Positions 27,957 through 41,500 of a stretch of 64,000 bases of DNA are shown one piece after another; the stretch's first letter is position 1; each line of letters begins with the position of its first letter. The position numbers and the translations under genes are program-made. The notes beneath the pieces are model-generated. The model had not been told where the DNA came from and ran no database searches. It saw only the letters and a program-made list of their open reading frames with translations. The stretch is from Haliotis rubra (taxonomy: Eukaryota), in the NCBI RefSeq assembly GCF_003918875.1, contig NW_025767252.1, forward strand, positions 558,001 to 622,000, read 5' to 3'.

Positions 27957-29666
27957 GTGCTACGTGAAAATTTACTGCATGTTGATAATGTATTGATACA
28001 GAGTGTTACAGTGTGTCTGATCACTGTATGATATATTGATGCAGAATGTTACAATGTATCTCATCAGTGTATGATAACAATGGTATATCCTGTTACAGAT
28101 CTCATTATGGTCGTCATATGGTTTATATCACCACAATCCCTCCATGACAAGATTTTTCTGAGTGTAATGAACGATCACCTTATACCTTCTTCATCCATGT
28201 CCTGTTGAAGTGTGACAAGTGGTTCTTTCACTTACCGTAGTTCCTTGATCAAAATGCAACATTATTTTCAACATCTTTGATCTCTGTGACTGATCTATGC
28301 CTGTCTCTCAATGTTTATTATCTTTTGAAGCATGCTTTAACCTTGCTTTGTCTCATTTGTGTGGAGAGTCATTTCATCATGTTGGCAGTATGTGGGAATT
28401 AAGACATCAAGGTTGGCTGCATCACATGGGGTGCATAGGTGGAGCAGTTGTCTCAGATGTCACAGATTTATTCCCTTTGACATGGCAGAAACCTCAGACT
28501 GTGAGTTTATTCTATATTTGCCCATATCATGTTTCCAGTAAAGGCTGCATACTTTTGCATACTTTTAAGAAACTCGGGTCACTTTGGCTTTCCTCCAACA
28601 TTTAGTTGACATGGACATTACCCAGCTGCTGGTCATTATATCTGAACTCACTCACTGACTCACTAGACTCACTGACATACTCTATACTTCTGGGATTTAC
28701 ACTAACCCCTGGCAAACACTATCATGATGACCATTTTATTGACATCGCCAACTCAGCATTGAGGCTGCTTTGTAACTCACATTCTGACTGATTCATTACA
28801 CTAAGCAGCGTAGCAAATCAAATTAGCCAATGGAAATGAAGGGTGAGTAGTTTAAGATCTTGGCAACCATAGTCATGGATCCAGGGGTAAATATAGGTTT
28901 ACCGAACTGCTAGCCCTTGAGGTGAAGAGCATGACTCACTCACTCACTCACTCTTAGGTCACTTGCTGTGATATTGTGTTAAAGTGACGAAAAACCTCAC
29001 AGCCAGACACTTGTGTAGTGATTATTTGGGCATTGTGATGTAATAGTCATATAGCATATTTTAAAATGAGAATCAAATGTGTGTTTCCCAAGTCAGTGTA
29101 TGTTGCATTTGTTTTCAATACTCAGTGCTTCCTGCTGGTGTAGACGCATCGTGGTAGTCGAGACTGTTAGATGCAGAATTGTGTTCCGCTATCTGACTGC
29201 TTTGTGACCAGCCTATTACTGGTTATGTAGACTCCTCAATGCAGAAACCATTGCAAAGGCATTTAGAAGTTGGATATGATCCTGACATGGACATTGTAGA
29301 TAACAGATTCTTTATTGTCGTCAGCTTTTGAAGGGGCAAGATGTATCCTGGAAACATTGTGTATGTGTGATAAAGAAGCTGTAACCAAATATTCTCTTAC
29401 TACCGTTCAGCTATGTCAGTTTATTCAGATAGAAGTCTCATATAGTCTCCAGGTGTGTTCAACAAAGGAGGTAAGTCTTACAAGATGTTAGAGGAAATTC
29501 TCTACTTAGGCAATGGGATGGGACGAGATGCGGGAGGTATTGGATATTGGCTCTTATAGATGCGTAGTTTGTTAAACCGTTTGTCATTTAGATAAAACTG
29601 TTTTTGAACAAAACCAAATGAACAGATCTTTGCAGCTGAGAAGAGGCAATGCTCTTGGGTGCCCCT

Positions 29667-29810
29667 TAAAGCACTCGCTCATCACGCCAAAGACCCGGGT
29701 TTGATTCCCCACATGGGTACAATGTGTGAAGCCCATTTCTCTTGTGCCCTGACATGATTTTGCTGCAATATTGCTGAAAGTAACTTAAAACCATACTCTC
29801 TCTCTCTCTC
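29667..29810 (+). mobile_element. SINE family A, 5'-truncated
   Basis: Colinear with the other copies. Confidence 0.8.
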
Positions 29811-30258
29811 CATGGTATTAATCATTAGCCAAAGATTGGTTTTATCATGATAAGTGTATGTACGTCACTCTGCCAAAATACAGGTAAATATTTTGATGAG
29901 AATTAGTATTTAGAAGGATGCGAAAGTACTATAGCCATTGGCACCTGCTGGTTTGTTAATGTAGTGCTGTGTGTTACGTTACTCTGAATACAACTGCAAC
30001 AGTTGGAAAGATTCAATAATGTCTCCATCCTTTGTTTGATGGTTTGATAACAAGTCAGCAAGACTTCATTGTTTTGTCATCTAACCATTTCTGTGACCAT
30101 TGTTCACAAATATGGTAAAACACCCAGTACACCTTCATTACTTGAGCTGCACCAGTCTGGAACTGAACACATTCTCATGGCTCCTGTCTGCATGACAAGT
30201 TAACAAACACATTGTTATATATATTCATTCCAGAGACTAAATGTTTGCTTTGTGCTGA

Positions 30259-30426
30259 GGGGCGGTGTTGTAGCCTAGTGGTTACAACGTTCGCTCGTCA
30301 CGCCGAAGACCCAGTGTTTGATTCCACACATGGGTACAATGTGTGAAGTCCATTTCTGGTGTCCCCTGCCGTGATATTGCTGGAATATTGCTAACTGCTG
30401 TTTAAAACTCAACTCAGTCAGTCACG
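30259..30426 (+). mobile_element. SINE family A
   Basis: Full-length; TSD gctttgtgctg. Confidence 0.9.
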
Positions 30427-30594
30427 GCTTTGTGCTGCATCCGTGTCAGCAGTGGTGAGGTTATGAGTAATCCTACTGCTGCTGTAGGTGGCTTGAATCT
30501 CCATCATCAACCGTTAGCTGTCTGTGGTGTTCTCCAGACTGCCATCATACATTACAGATATCTGGCACCAAACCCCGTCACCTCCAGCATGTTG

Positions 30595-30753
30595 TGGGGT
30601 CTAGTGGTTTAAGTGTTGGCTCATCATGCCGAAGACCCGGGTTCAAATCCCCACATGAGTACAATGTGTGAAGCCCATTTCTGGTGCCCCCTGCCTTGAT
30701 ATTGCTGGAATATTGCTAAAAGCGGCGTAAAACCAAACTCAGTCAGCCAGTCA
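30595..30753 (+). mobile_element. SINE family A
   Basis: TSD tccagc(a/g)tgttgt. Confidence 0.88.
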
Positions 30754-31155
30754 GTCCAGCGTGTTGTTACCTCAGTTCCATGTATAACATGTATTCACAT
30801 CGACTAATGCTCATGCCCAGTACAACAAGACTCATGCAGATGAACTGGAACTAGGTTCCAGCAGATGTTGAGCAGCCCCTGTCAGTAATGTTGAGGACGA
30901 TATTCATCCATGTTTCAGTAGTTTGTCTTATTTCCATCAGCATCTTACATTATCCAATGTTACATTTATACTTCCAGTTGGATAACTGCCCTGGACACTG
31001 GTTTTGTGATGGGTGCCAAGAGATGCTAATCTTTTTGTGTACACCAGTGGGAATTGTATGACAGTGGTCACTGCTTTTCGTTTCTTATCAATCATATTAA
31101 TGTTATTGGTCTGATGTTGAATGTAGCTTCTTACTGTAGCTTCCACTCTCAAACC

Positions 31156-31273
31156 ACGGGTTCGATTCCCCACATGGGTACAAGGTGTGAAGCCTATTTC
31201 TGGTGTCCCTTGCTGTAATATTGCTGGAATATTGCTAAAAGCGGCATAAAACCCAACCCACTCTCTCTCTCTC
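31156..31273 (+). mobile_element. SINE family A, 5'-truncated
   Basis: Runs from the B-box to the tail. Confidence 0.82.
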
Positions 31274-31680
31274 AAACAACGTGTTCATGTGGATGTTTTT
31301 AGCACCTCTGTGGTAGCTGTACGATCTTTCCAGACGCATTGATGGTAGCAGGGATTGATAACACGTTCACTCCATGTTTGTTGAGGCCATACATGAGCAG
31401 CTGTAAGTCTATAAAGCCCAGTGTGGCATTTTGTGGTCTTGAACATGTAGACAAGACACAAGATACTGGGTCTAATGAAGTTAGTTTTATACGTTTCAAC
31501 CAATGATGATATAATTTCCGACCCCAGCAACTTAAGCTTGTTGTAAGAGACAACAAAGTGGATCAGGTGGTCAGGTGTCATCATGTTCCAGTTGCTTGGA
31601 TCGACTCATGATGTCAGTCTCTGGATTGTCTCGTTTAAATTGGATTTTTCATAACGCTGTCACTTACAATTCTGCTCATA

Positions 31681-31910
31681 CAGTGTAAGAAATAAGGCCA
31701 GTCCCACCGCCCGAGACGAGCTAGATTTCTGACGGTCTAAATCTACAGCTAGCCTGCCCGATGGTCTGGTAAAAATGGTACAAGTTTCATACATGTGAGT
31801 AAATTCACCATATCTAAGCGTCTCGTCTGGTTAAATCCATTTTGGGCTGGTAACTTTTTGAAGTTGCCAGCCCTGATGTCGGTCTGTGTTTTTGGCGTAT
31901 TTCATACACT
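31681..31910. mobile_element. MITE, same family as 19323-19568, opposite orientation
   Basis: cagtgtaagaaata ... tatttcatacact; shared internal sequence. Confidence 0.75.
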
Positions 31911-33095
31911 CTCCTCATAGCAAAACAGGATACCAAACAAAGAATAGACCTTTCATGGTTGTCCATCAGTACATATCCACCCCAGTTTACTGGTTATTGT
32001 TTTGTCTGATCACAGAAACATTCTGACACATATCTTCAGAACTGGCCAAAGACATGGGCCTACCATGTACTTCCTGTGTAATTCAGAACCTGGGACCCTC
32101 CTCTGTGATGCTGCTGTGTGGCCAGGCAAACTAACAGTGACTTCATTTCAAATTTTTGTGGGTATAAGAAAGAGTAAATGATCACCCTGCTTGTAAAGAG
32201 CCATGGTCTCATAAGGTACAAGTCGCAATGTCTGACCCTGTGAGATTGTCTGTAAGGTGAACAAGCAAGATCATTGTCCTATTTTATCGAAGGCAGTAAT
32301 AAGGATATCCTGTTGTAAAACAAAATCATTTCATGAAAAAACCCCAAAGAGGTATAGCCTCCTGTAGCAGACTCCAGAAGGAGCTCATGGTACATTTTGT
32401 AGAATAAGACTGAAACTTTGAGATAAAACAATTGAGACTTTGAAATCTCTGTTTCTTGACTGAACTGATTACCTAATGTAGAGATGTCGGACAGCAGCTT
32501 GCCAGGGTAGGACCCCATATCATCCTGGTCCTCTCACTATCATTATCATATTTATTTATTCTTATACATTTTTGTACCGTTATACATAATCACTTGTTTC
32601 TTCTATTTATGGAAGAACTTTTATATACTCTTTTTGTATTTTTAATGTACTTGGTTCATATCTTTTAGTACCGACATGCTGCCATTGTACAATACTGGCC
32701 TAGAGATTGCGACACAAACATCTATGTGAATATTACTGTTAAAATAGAAATGGTTTTAGGACAATTGGTCAATTGTTACTGATATGTTGTATTACATGGT
32801 GATTAGAACATGTTAGTACCTGCACATGTTTTCACATGATTAGATTGCAGAGTACAAAGTGTAGGCCCTTGATCATGATGATTTAACATGGATGACCGAG
32901 AGTACAAATGTGAATATCAATATTGGGGTATAGCGGTATCTTTACACAAGGGGCTGTCAGCAGTTAATCTGTGTTCACTGCCAGTACAGGTTAGGTGAGC
33001 GTAACTGGTAGTGTGGACATTGTATGTATATTAGTTCAAACATTGTCGGCAATTTGTCACAATATATAGATTGCATGCTGTACAGCATGAGGATA

Positions 33096-33288
33096 ATATA
33101 GAACAAGTTTTAAGGATAACAACTTCTTTATTTCGTGAGTGCGACGTTTCGATACAGATTCTTGTACCGTTGTCAAGCAAGAGTACAAGAATCTGTATCG
33201 AAATGTCGCACTCACAAAATAAAGAAGTTGTTATCCTTAAAACTTGTTCTATATTGTACGTCTCAACTTCTAAAATGCCACTCAACCA
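33096..33288. mobile_element. Hairpin insertion resembling inverted Penelope-like (PLE) termini
   Basis: About 73-bp near-perfect inverted arms spanning 33095-33255; 12-bp TSD agcatgaggata at 33084-33095 and 33289-33300; cttgacaa...gaaacgtcg...aataaa motif. Confidence 0.75.
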
Positions 33289-36200
33289 AGCATGAGGATA
33301 GCTGTCTGATATGTCTGCAGATATCTGATTTTATTAAGTTTGAGCTATGTATTTTGTAACTAATATCAGCATAATCTTCAAAGCCGTTCATATGCTATAT
33401 TCAGCCATTGTTTGTTACGTAAAGAGGAACAGTAATCTAACCCTTCTTACATTACATGTGAATATGACTCGAAAGAAATATTTATTAGTTAATGTTGTCC
33501 TCCAACAAGTCTCCTGTATCATGTTAATTATGAAGCCAGTGCTGTATCATCTTGAGGTGTTTATTGAACTAATGCTGTGTTTAGGCTGCCTATTGCTTCT
33601 GGTGCTTAAGGGGCATGATTCTATGTATGCAAACAGCATGTTAAACATGTTTTGGGGCATGATTCAATGTTAACTAACAGTATGTTAAACATGTTTTGGG
33701 AGAAAACTTATCTGTTGTGTCCCTTTAATACGGCTATCACATCATTTGTACCATATTTTGTATGTTCATTTTGCAAACAGTCTCTGACAGCAGATATCCA
33801 TCTGGTGACGTCTGAAGAGAGATAGTGGTTATTAGAGAACATGACATGCGGAAACTGAAGTTGTCTTCATGACAGCTTAGAGGGAAAACTTGCTGGGGAA
33901 ATTGACTTTGGACTTTTTGAATGACTGAATTTTTTAAAAATCTGAACCGCCTTCATGTTGAAAATAACTACTTTCTCAGTTTCTAATTTAATATTAAATG
34001 TTGATTTTTAATGTTTTGATTTGTCGATTTGTTACAGAACTGCATTAATTTAACTGTGTTGCTTTGTTTACATGCCATACGATAGAAGAGCTTTGATTGA
34101 ATGAATGGCCTACCATGGAAGAGCTTGAATAGTTTCATGAACATCAGTGTCAGCTGCAACCAGTAACTTTCTTGCCTACTACTGGTAAACATTTGAAATG
34201 GCATATTTCCGTGGTTTCTACCTTCAACCAGAAACTAGTCATATACCAATGATTTGTCTTTGTATGTTTGTTGAAGATTTATGTTTGGTTCAGATAATTA
34301 TTTGAAGTGTCACCAAAAATGTTGGCAAAAGCATTTATTCCAGCTCTTTCTCTCGTGAGCTGTATTTTGTAACAGTTGTTGGGGATACAGGGCCCCACAT
34401 GAACATCCCCCCTTTGTAGAAGGTGTATATACACAGCATGACCTCAGGTAAACCCATGGAACCTGGCTCACGGAATTATCCAAAAGTTGGTTCGATCAGA
34501 TGTAAGTCAGATGGAGCTTCACTCATTTTGATACACAACTTAAGAACCTTAAGGATTTGTTATTGTTTTGATGTGGTAATTACATTTTTTAGGAATTTCG
34601 ACTGTTATACGAGCAATCGTCTGTTCTATAAAGAAATATGTTTGTTTCTCTCCAGCAGATTGACAGTACTTGAGGGGTCCCTAATGTATTCATGTAACCC
34701 CAGCAGCCCTCATATTATGTACTGTAGGTGACACAGTGCTCACAGTCCCTTACAACAACCCAATAAACTCTGTATGAATCATTGATTGTTTCCTTGTTTA
34801 TCATATATTGGAACAGATGTGTGGATGATGTTGTAAAGGTGAATGATATTTTTTTTCATTCTACTCATTGGTACCTATGTAGATACTGATGAAAGAATGG
34901 GTGTGCAAGAAGAACACAGTTAAAATTATCTATGTGAATCATCCCTTTCCCGTAATATGAATGTTACCTTATGGTTTGATGTCAAATGTACATACGTTTG
35001 GGATTTAGCATTTGATCTTTAACAGGGTTAAAATATTCCGAATTTGAAACATGAGTCTTATCGTGGATTTCCGAACAAGAGCATGAATTCCTACAACGTT
35101 TTGTGAAATAAGTATGATGTACATGCCAGCGTAACGATTTCTTTATTGGTCAGTTCTTTGCCCCTGTGCAATGACGAGCTGTTTTTCTGACCATCGTTTT
35201 CATAAGATCTGAAAAGTGAACTTTTAGCGAAGACAGAAATATAATGACCGATCAACGCTATCATGTAGATTAAAATTCTGTGTTTGTGCCAACGGTAGGC
35301 ATCCACTGACAAGGTGTTGAACAGTCTAATTAAATTCATTACATTTCATGTTCTTATTTAGTTGCAAAATAACACTTTGAAGGATACGAGTGGGAAGTGA
35401 CTGGTCCTGAGCAGCAAACAGGAAGCCTTCTGTTCCACTTTTCAGGTCCGCGAATCGCTCAGCATGGCTCCTCTTAACCTCAACACACTGCGCATAAAAT
35501 TAGTGCTGCGGTCGTTCAGAGAGACTCTCCTTGGAAAACATCCTGTGTTGATTTAAAATGGCACAACACGTGGTTGACACCTAATTTTCTCCATCATCCT
35601 TGGCTGTTAAAGTTAACTGTGGAATGCCTTGTCTTCATGACATGCCCTACGGGGGAATCATCAGACAAATGTGTGGATAAGTACACAAAACAGTCTGTAA
35701 TGAAACCACGCCCTCCCATTAATTTGATAATAAGCGGCGTAAACCCAACTCACTCACTCATTAATTTTACAAATAACGACTGAGGGAAGGGCGAGGGTGG
35801 GCTCTATCGTCTGATGTGATTGTTTGTATGAGCGTGTCAATACTTCGAATTTCTTGTTTTGTCAAATCAGTAGCTCCAAAAGAATGCGAGAGGACGGGCA
35901 CAGCGTAGGTATTTGTGGCTTTGACTTTAAGAGCGTTCAGCTTATTTTCTCAGGTCTAATTTCATTATTATTACCTTTGCGTGATAAAGCATGGTAGCAT
36001 GTGTCATGGAAATGACGAAATACATAAAAAAGGAGTAATAGTCCTAATGGATAGCCCTGTCAGATATGTGATGGTGATTGTCAGTATAAACTGACTTGTT
36101 GCACCACTACTATTGCAATGCAAGCTTTGTAGTCAAATGTAAAGAATTACTTCTAAAGGACACATTTTGTTTTGACGTCATGGCTTGTAATTGGTAATGT

Positions 36201-36534
36201 CTGTGAGAAACACGAAATTGGTATATTAATTAAAAATAGCTCTCATAATTTCTGTTCATTGCTTGAAAAAGGTCCATTTGTAAAACAGAGTTTGGACCTT
36301 TTTCGGCACAACCTACAATGACTGTTAGATAAACATGTATAGTTTTACATTACTCCGTAATTGATTAAGACACGGACCCCTTTGGATATCTCAAGGCTAT
36401 GTTGCCTTAAACGTTGTCCAATATTGTGTGGTTATCTTTCTTAGTAATTAAACAATACATGACGCGAAGAAACACCCTACATTTGACTCCATATGTTGAA
36501 CCTGAAACCACACACACACAACCACACACGCACG

Positions 36535-36977
36535 CACACAATTAAGCACACCCTGTATTTTTGCAATGATAGGTTTTCAACGATGGGAAAAACAAACCCC
36601 TGATTTTCATACAAAACCATGTCTGTACAAGTATGGCCCTGGAATGTTTAATGTTGAATTTATTGGTAAATGTGGACATTCAAAATGTCATTTTGCGTGT
36701 CTTACACGATTCAAGGTCAATACCGAGTGTAACCTCCATGTGACTGACAGCCAACACTCTCTGCCTCATACCCACTGTCAGCCTCCTGATCCTCTGAAGG
36801 GCCAGTCTACGCCATTCCTTGTGCAAAGCAGCTCCTAATTGGGCCAGGTTCTGTACAGCAGGATCCCTTTGTTGCACACGACTATCAATCGTGTCCCAGA
36901 CATGCTCCAAAGGGTTAGGATCGGGGCTTATTCAATCGTGAGATATGTCGGGGTGCTTAGCTAACTTCTTTGTGTAT
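36535..36977 (-). mobile_element. Internally deleted Tc1 element
   Basis: SPDPNPLEHVWDTIDSRVQQRDPAVQNLAQLGAALHKEW C-terminal motif; taagcacaccc / gggtgctta inverted ends. Confidence 0.8.
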
Positions 36978-38386
36978 ATATATCCATAATGTGTTCTGCC
37001 TCTCATGATTCATGCGTTCTGGCCTTACTGGCAATCACTGAAGTAGACACATCACTAAATGATGAAATCCCTATATTTCTCTAAAGTTGCGCTCAGTGTG
37101 CCTACTTAACAGGAAGAATCCTTCACCCTCTCTTTTCACAAGTGTCGACTCCGAGAACAAGTCCCAGAAGAACCCTGTTTAGACTTAAAGTCAAAGAGAT
37201 GGACTGACTGATCTACTTCGGACCTTATGCCTCCCGTATTTTCACCTGACGATGGCGGAGTATCAGACTCCTTGACAGAAGAGTACCTGCTGTATGTTTG
37301 CATCCAAGTTTGAAGTCGCAAGCTTTGCAAGTTTTGACATAATCGTATGTCCGCAGAGTCGCAGACTGCATCCATCGGACGCCAGTTTGGCTGAACCTTT
37401 AATTTAATCTCAGCCAAGGAGATTGTCAGGGACGGAGCTTCGCCTCAATCGTCGACTGCCATTGAGAACGTCCAGTTCTTTCTCCCGGAGTGTATTCCGA
37501 AGAACTTCACTCCACACTGCAGTCTCCAATCCTCTGGCGATTGGCCCTCATTGGAACCCCGAATGACTCGTCTGATTCTCCTTCTGATCGACATTCGTAG
37601 TGGTCCAACTCTCGCAACTACTCTCAGGAGGATCGTCGATACCCCGATGTGAATTAGGATGTCACATCTCGACGTTCAACTTCACTCAGCCTGAAACCAT
37701 GATCATCTGAGGATCGGTACGGTCAAGATCAAGATCAGCAGACCAGGGTTCAGCGAACTCCGATATTGGCTAACCTCCCAATCACGCTGGGATTCCTCCC
37801 AGGAGTACCATTGTCAAAGATACCACCACCAAGCCTGCCTTTTCTGCAATTGAATTTTGAAATTAACCGTACTGAAGGCAATATATAAAGTCTACGAACA
37901 GCATTTAGAAGTGATACACATATAAAGTGAAAATTGACAGAAAATCAACTTCTATATCATGAAGAATCAATCCGTCAAATTACACATTTGTATAGCGCTT
38001 CATATCCAGAGTCCTGCTCATGTGCGCTTAGTGCAATGCTCGTTTGAAGAGGATGGTTTTGAGACAAAATCGGAAATTGTGTTGGAACACGTTTCGGAGT
38101 ATATTCTTACTTCTTCATCAGGTTCAAAATATGGATGTTGACATCCATAATATTTTAAACTTTTATAGACCCCATTATTATTGCTGATGCTCAACATGGA
38201 TCAGACTGCAAACGTGACTGGCATGTTTGTAAAAATGTCTCATTATTATCATGTTTAATGTTATTAATATTTATTCCACTGTTTGCACTTAATTCAGTTT
38301 AGCAAGTTCTCGCTATACTCAAACTATTAACAGCACCAAATATTCCTATCCACTGTTGTCATTCTTTTGTACTGTCATTCAATTTC

Positions 38387-38553
38387 GGGCGGTGGGGTAG
38401 TCTAGTGGTTAAAGCGTTGGTTCGTCACGCCGAAGACCCGGGTTCGAATCCCCACATGGGTACAATGAATGAAGCCCATTTCTGGTGTCCCCCGCCGTGA
38501 TATTGCTGGAATATTGCTAAAAGCGGCGTAAAACCAAACTCAGTCAGTCAGTC
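38387..38553 (+). mobile_element. SINE family A
   Basis: Near-consensus; TSD gtcattcaatttc. Confidence 0.93.
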
Positions 38554-38589
38554 AGTCATTCAATTTCTGATGTCCCTCTTTTGTGTGTA

Positions 38590-38720
38590 CTGCCGTTCTG
38601 CGTAGATCGATGCTCATGCTTTTGATCACTGGAATGTCTGGTCCAGACTCGATTATTTACAGACCGCCGCCATATAGCTGGAATATTGCTGAGGTGGCGT
38701 AAAACTAAACTCACTACTAC
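38590..38720 (+). mobile_element. SINE family C 3' half (related pieces near 7740, 14655, 25580, 31560, 43445, 48204, 61836)
   Basis: gatcgatgctcatgc..gatcactgga.tgtctggtccagactcgattatttacagaccgccgccatatagctggaatattgctgag. Confidence 0.75.
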
Positions 38721-39522
38721 TACAGTCAAACACTTAAGTGTCGAACCTTTTTGTCGATGTTTAAACCTTGCGTTTGTCCCGATGTAAAAGCTTTGTTCCT
38801 CCGTAATTCTAAGTTGCGGGTGTGTCGACCCTTGGAAGACTCGAAGTATTTACGTGGGTCCCCTCGGACACAAGGGTATTTGACTGTAGCTATTTTTATG
38901 ATACAATTGTCAATTGCATAACATTGCTTTGTCAGTAGCTACGTCTGCATCTATAAACTTTCCATTGATGTGAGTACTTAATGTACCTCCCTGTGACGTA
39001 CAGACTAGCACAACCCCCATGGCCGAAAACTATGAATGCCCAGTGCCATTCAGAAACTGGTCAAATATGACATGTTATATTAGTAATTACATTTTCTCGT
39101 TAACGTATAAATTCTGGTACCTTTGGGTTTTGAGTCCGATCCGGGATTCAAACCCACACACTTGGAGTCAGCCACCTATTCACTACCACACCAGCTGTTG
39201 GGTTTCGTTTATAGAATGGACATTTCTACAAAACGGCATGAAAATAGCTTGTTTCCTTTTGTCAGCATGCTCATACAGCTTTCTCCATTAATTATAAATG
39301 TGTTATTGTGTGATTCTTTGACTCATTCCAAGGACTACAGTCCTCTAGACCCTTCAATGTGACCACATCAAGAAGGGTCAAGTCAAGTGAGTTCCACCAA
39401 AGTGGTAAACGTTAAGGATAAGCACCAACCTGGGCTCTCCTCACAGTCTGACAGACCATGTAAAACTGACATTAGACTGAAAAAGTAGAGTTAAATCCAT
39501 CTGATCATTTCCCTTTATATAT

Positions 39523-40006
39523 AGACAGACAGACAGACAGACAGACGGAGAGACAGACAAATAGATAGATTTGAGAAGGTTGATGGGTGGACGTGACAGT
39601 TAGGCCCCAGTGTTCCAGACAGACAGACAGACAGACGGAGAGACAGACAAATAGATACCCTTTCCTGGACAAATGTGAGAAGGTTGATCTTTGCAGGTGG
39701 ACGTGACAGTGAAGGACCCCAGTGTTCCAGGATATGGAAAGACACAGATGCAGACGGAGAGACAGATTGATATAGGGATCCATACAGCATTTGAGAAGGT
39801 TGATGGGTGGACGTGACAGATTCAGAGGACGCCAAGTGCATTTCTTCTTATTCCACCATAAAAGATGCAAAGCTCCAGACAGACAGACAGACGGGAGAGA
39901 CCGCAATAGATAGATACGACCGATAGAAGAGTGAGACAGGTTGATGGGCGGACGTGACAGTGAGGCCCCAGTGTTCCAGACAGGCAGGCAGACAGACGGA
40001 GAGACA
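39523..40006. repeat. Composite repeat with (gaca)n and ~100-130-bp units
   Basis: Four copies of gaaggttgatgggtggacgtgacag..ccccagtgttccag. Confidence 0.85.
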
Positions 40007-40018
40007 CATGTTTGAACG

Positions 40019-41500
40019 GCCGGTGGAACGTGTTTCTAATTGCCGGTGGAACGTTTGCCGGTAGAACGTGTTTCTAATTGCCGGTAGAACGTGTTTCCCT
40101 AATTGCCGGTAGAATGTGTTTCTAATTGCCGGTGGAACGTGTTTCTAATTGCCGGTGGAACGTGTTTCTAATTGCCGGTGGAACGTGTTTCTAATTGCCG
40201 GTGGAATGGGTTTCTAATTGCCGGTAGAACGTGTTTCTAATTGCCGGTGGAACGTGTTTCTAATTGCCGGTGGAATTGCCGGTGGAACGTGTTTCTAATT
40301 GCCGGTGGAACGTGTTTCTAATTGCCGGGAACGTGTTTCTAATTGCTGGAACGTGTTTCTAATTGCCGGTGGAATGTGTTTCTAATTGCCGGTAGAACGT
40401 GTTTCTAATTGCCGGTGGAACGTGTTTCTAATTGCCGGTGGAACGTGTTTCTAATTGCCGGTGGAACGTGTTTCTAATTGCCGGTGGAACGTGTTTCTAA
40501 TTGCCGGTAGAACGGTGGAACGTGTTTCTAATTGCCGGTAGAACGTGTTTCTAATTTTCTAATTGCCGGTTTCTAATTGCCGGTGGAACATGTTTCTAAT
40601 TGCCGGTAATTGCCGGTGGAACGTGTTTCTAATTGCCGGTAGAACGTGTTTCTAATTGCCGGTGGAACGGTAAGAACGTGTTTCTAATTGCCGGTGAATT
40701 GCCGGTGGAAGAACGAACGTGTGCCGGTAGAACGTGTTTCTAATTGCCGGTAGAACGTGTTTCTAACGTTTCTAATTGCCGGTAGAACGTGTTTCTAATT
40801 GCCGGTAGAACGTGTTTCTAATTTGCCGGTAGAACGTGTTTCTAATTGCCGGTGGAATGGGTTTCTAATTGCCGTGTTTCTGAACGTGTTTCTAATTGCC
40901 GGTAGAACGTGTTTCTAATTGCCGGTGTGTGTTTCTAATGCCGGTGGAACGTGTTTCTAATTGCCGGTAGTAGAACGTGTTTCTAATTGCCGGTAGAACG
41001 TGTTTCTAATTGCCGGTAGAATTGCCGGTAGAACGTGTTTCTAATTGCCGGTAGAACGTAATTGCCGGTTCTAATTGCCGGTAGAACGTGTTTGCCTAAT
41101 TGCCGGTGGAACGTGTTTCTAATTGCCGGTGGAACGTGTTTCTAATTGCTAATTGCCGGTAGAACGTGTTTCTAATTGCCGGTAGAACGTGTTTCTAATT
41201 GCCGGTGCTAATTGCCGGTGTTTCTAATTGCCGGTGGAACGTGTTTCTAATTGCCGGTGGAACGTGTTTCTAATTGCCGGTAGAACGTGTTTCTAATTGC
41301 CGGTAGAACGTGTTTCTAATTGCCGGTAGAACGTGTTTCTAATTGCCGGTAGAACGTGTTTCTAATTGCCGGTGGAACGTGTTTCTAATTGCCGGTAGAA
41401 TGGTGTTTCTAATTGCCGGTAGAACGTGTTTCTAATTGCCGGTGGAACGTGTTTCTAATTGCCGGTAGAACGTTCTGTTTCTAATTGCCGGTAGAATGGG
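40019..41500. repeat. Minisatellite, 23-bp unit gccggt(a/g)gaacgtgtttctaatt
   Basis: About 60 tandem copies. Confidence 0.97.

Noticed and set aside
25839-34770. A ~9-kb 3' UTR ending at aataaa ~34762
   Set aside because: Earlier aataaa hexamers exist (e.g. ~26727), so the extent cannot be determined without transcripts.
37120-37840. GC-richer segment with short ORFs
   Set aside because: No recognisable motif; possibly a retroelement gag relic, but unsupported.
38387-38460. tRNA genes (A/B boxes, Asp-like loop) here and at similar sites including 8944-9030
   Set aside because: They continue into a shared body and tail with TSDs and lack a proper acceptor stem, so they are SINE heads.
40019-41500. 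CRISPR-like regular repeats
   Set aside because: Head-to-tail 23-bp units with no unique spacers, no cas genes, and a eukaryotic context.
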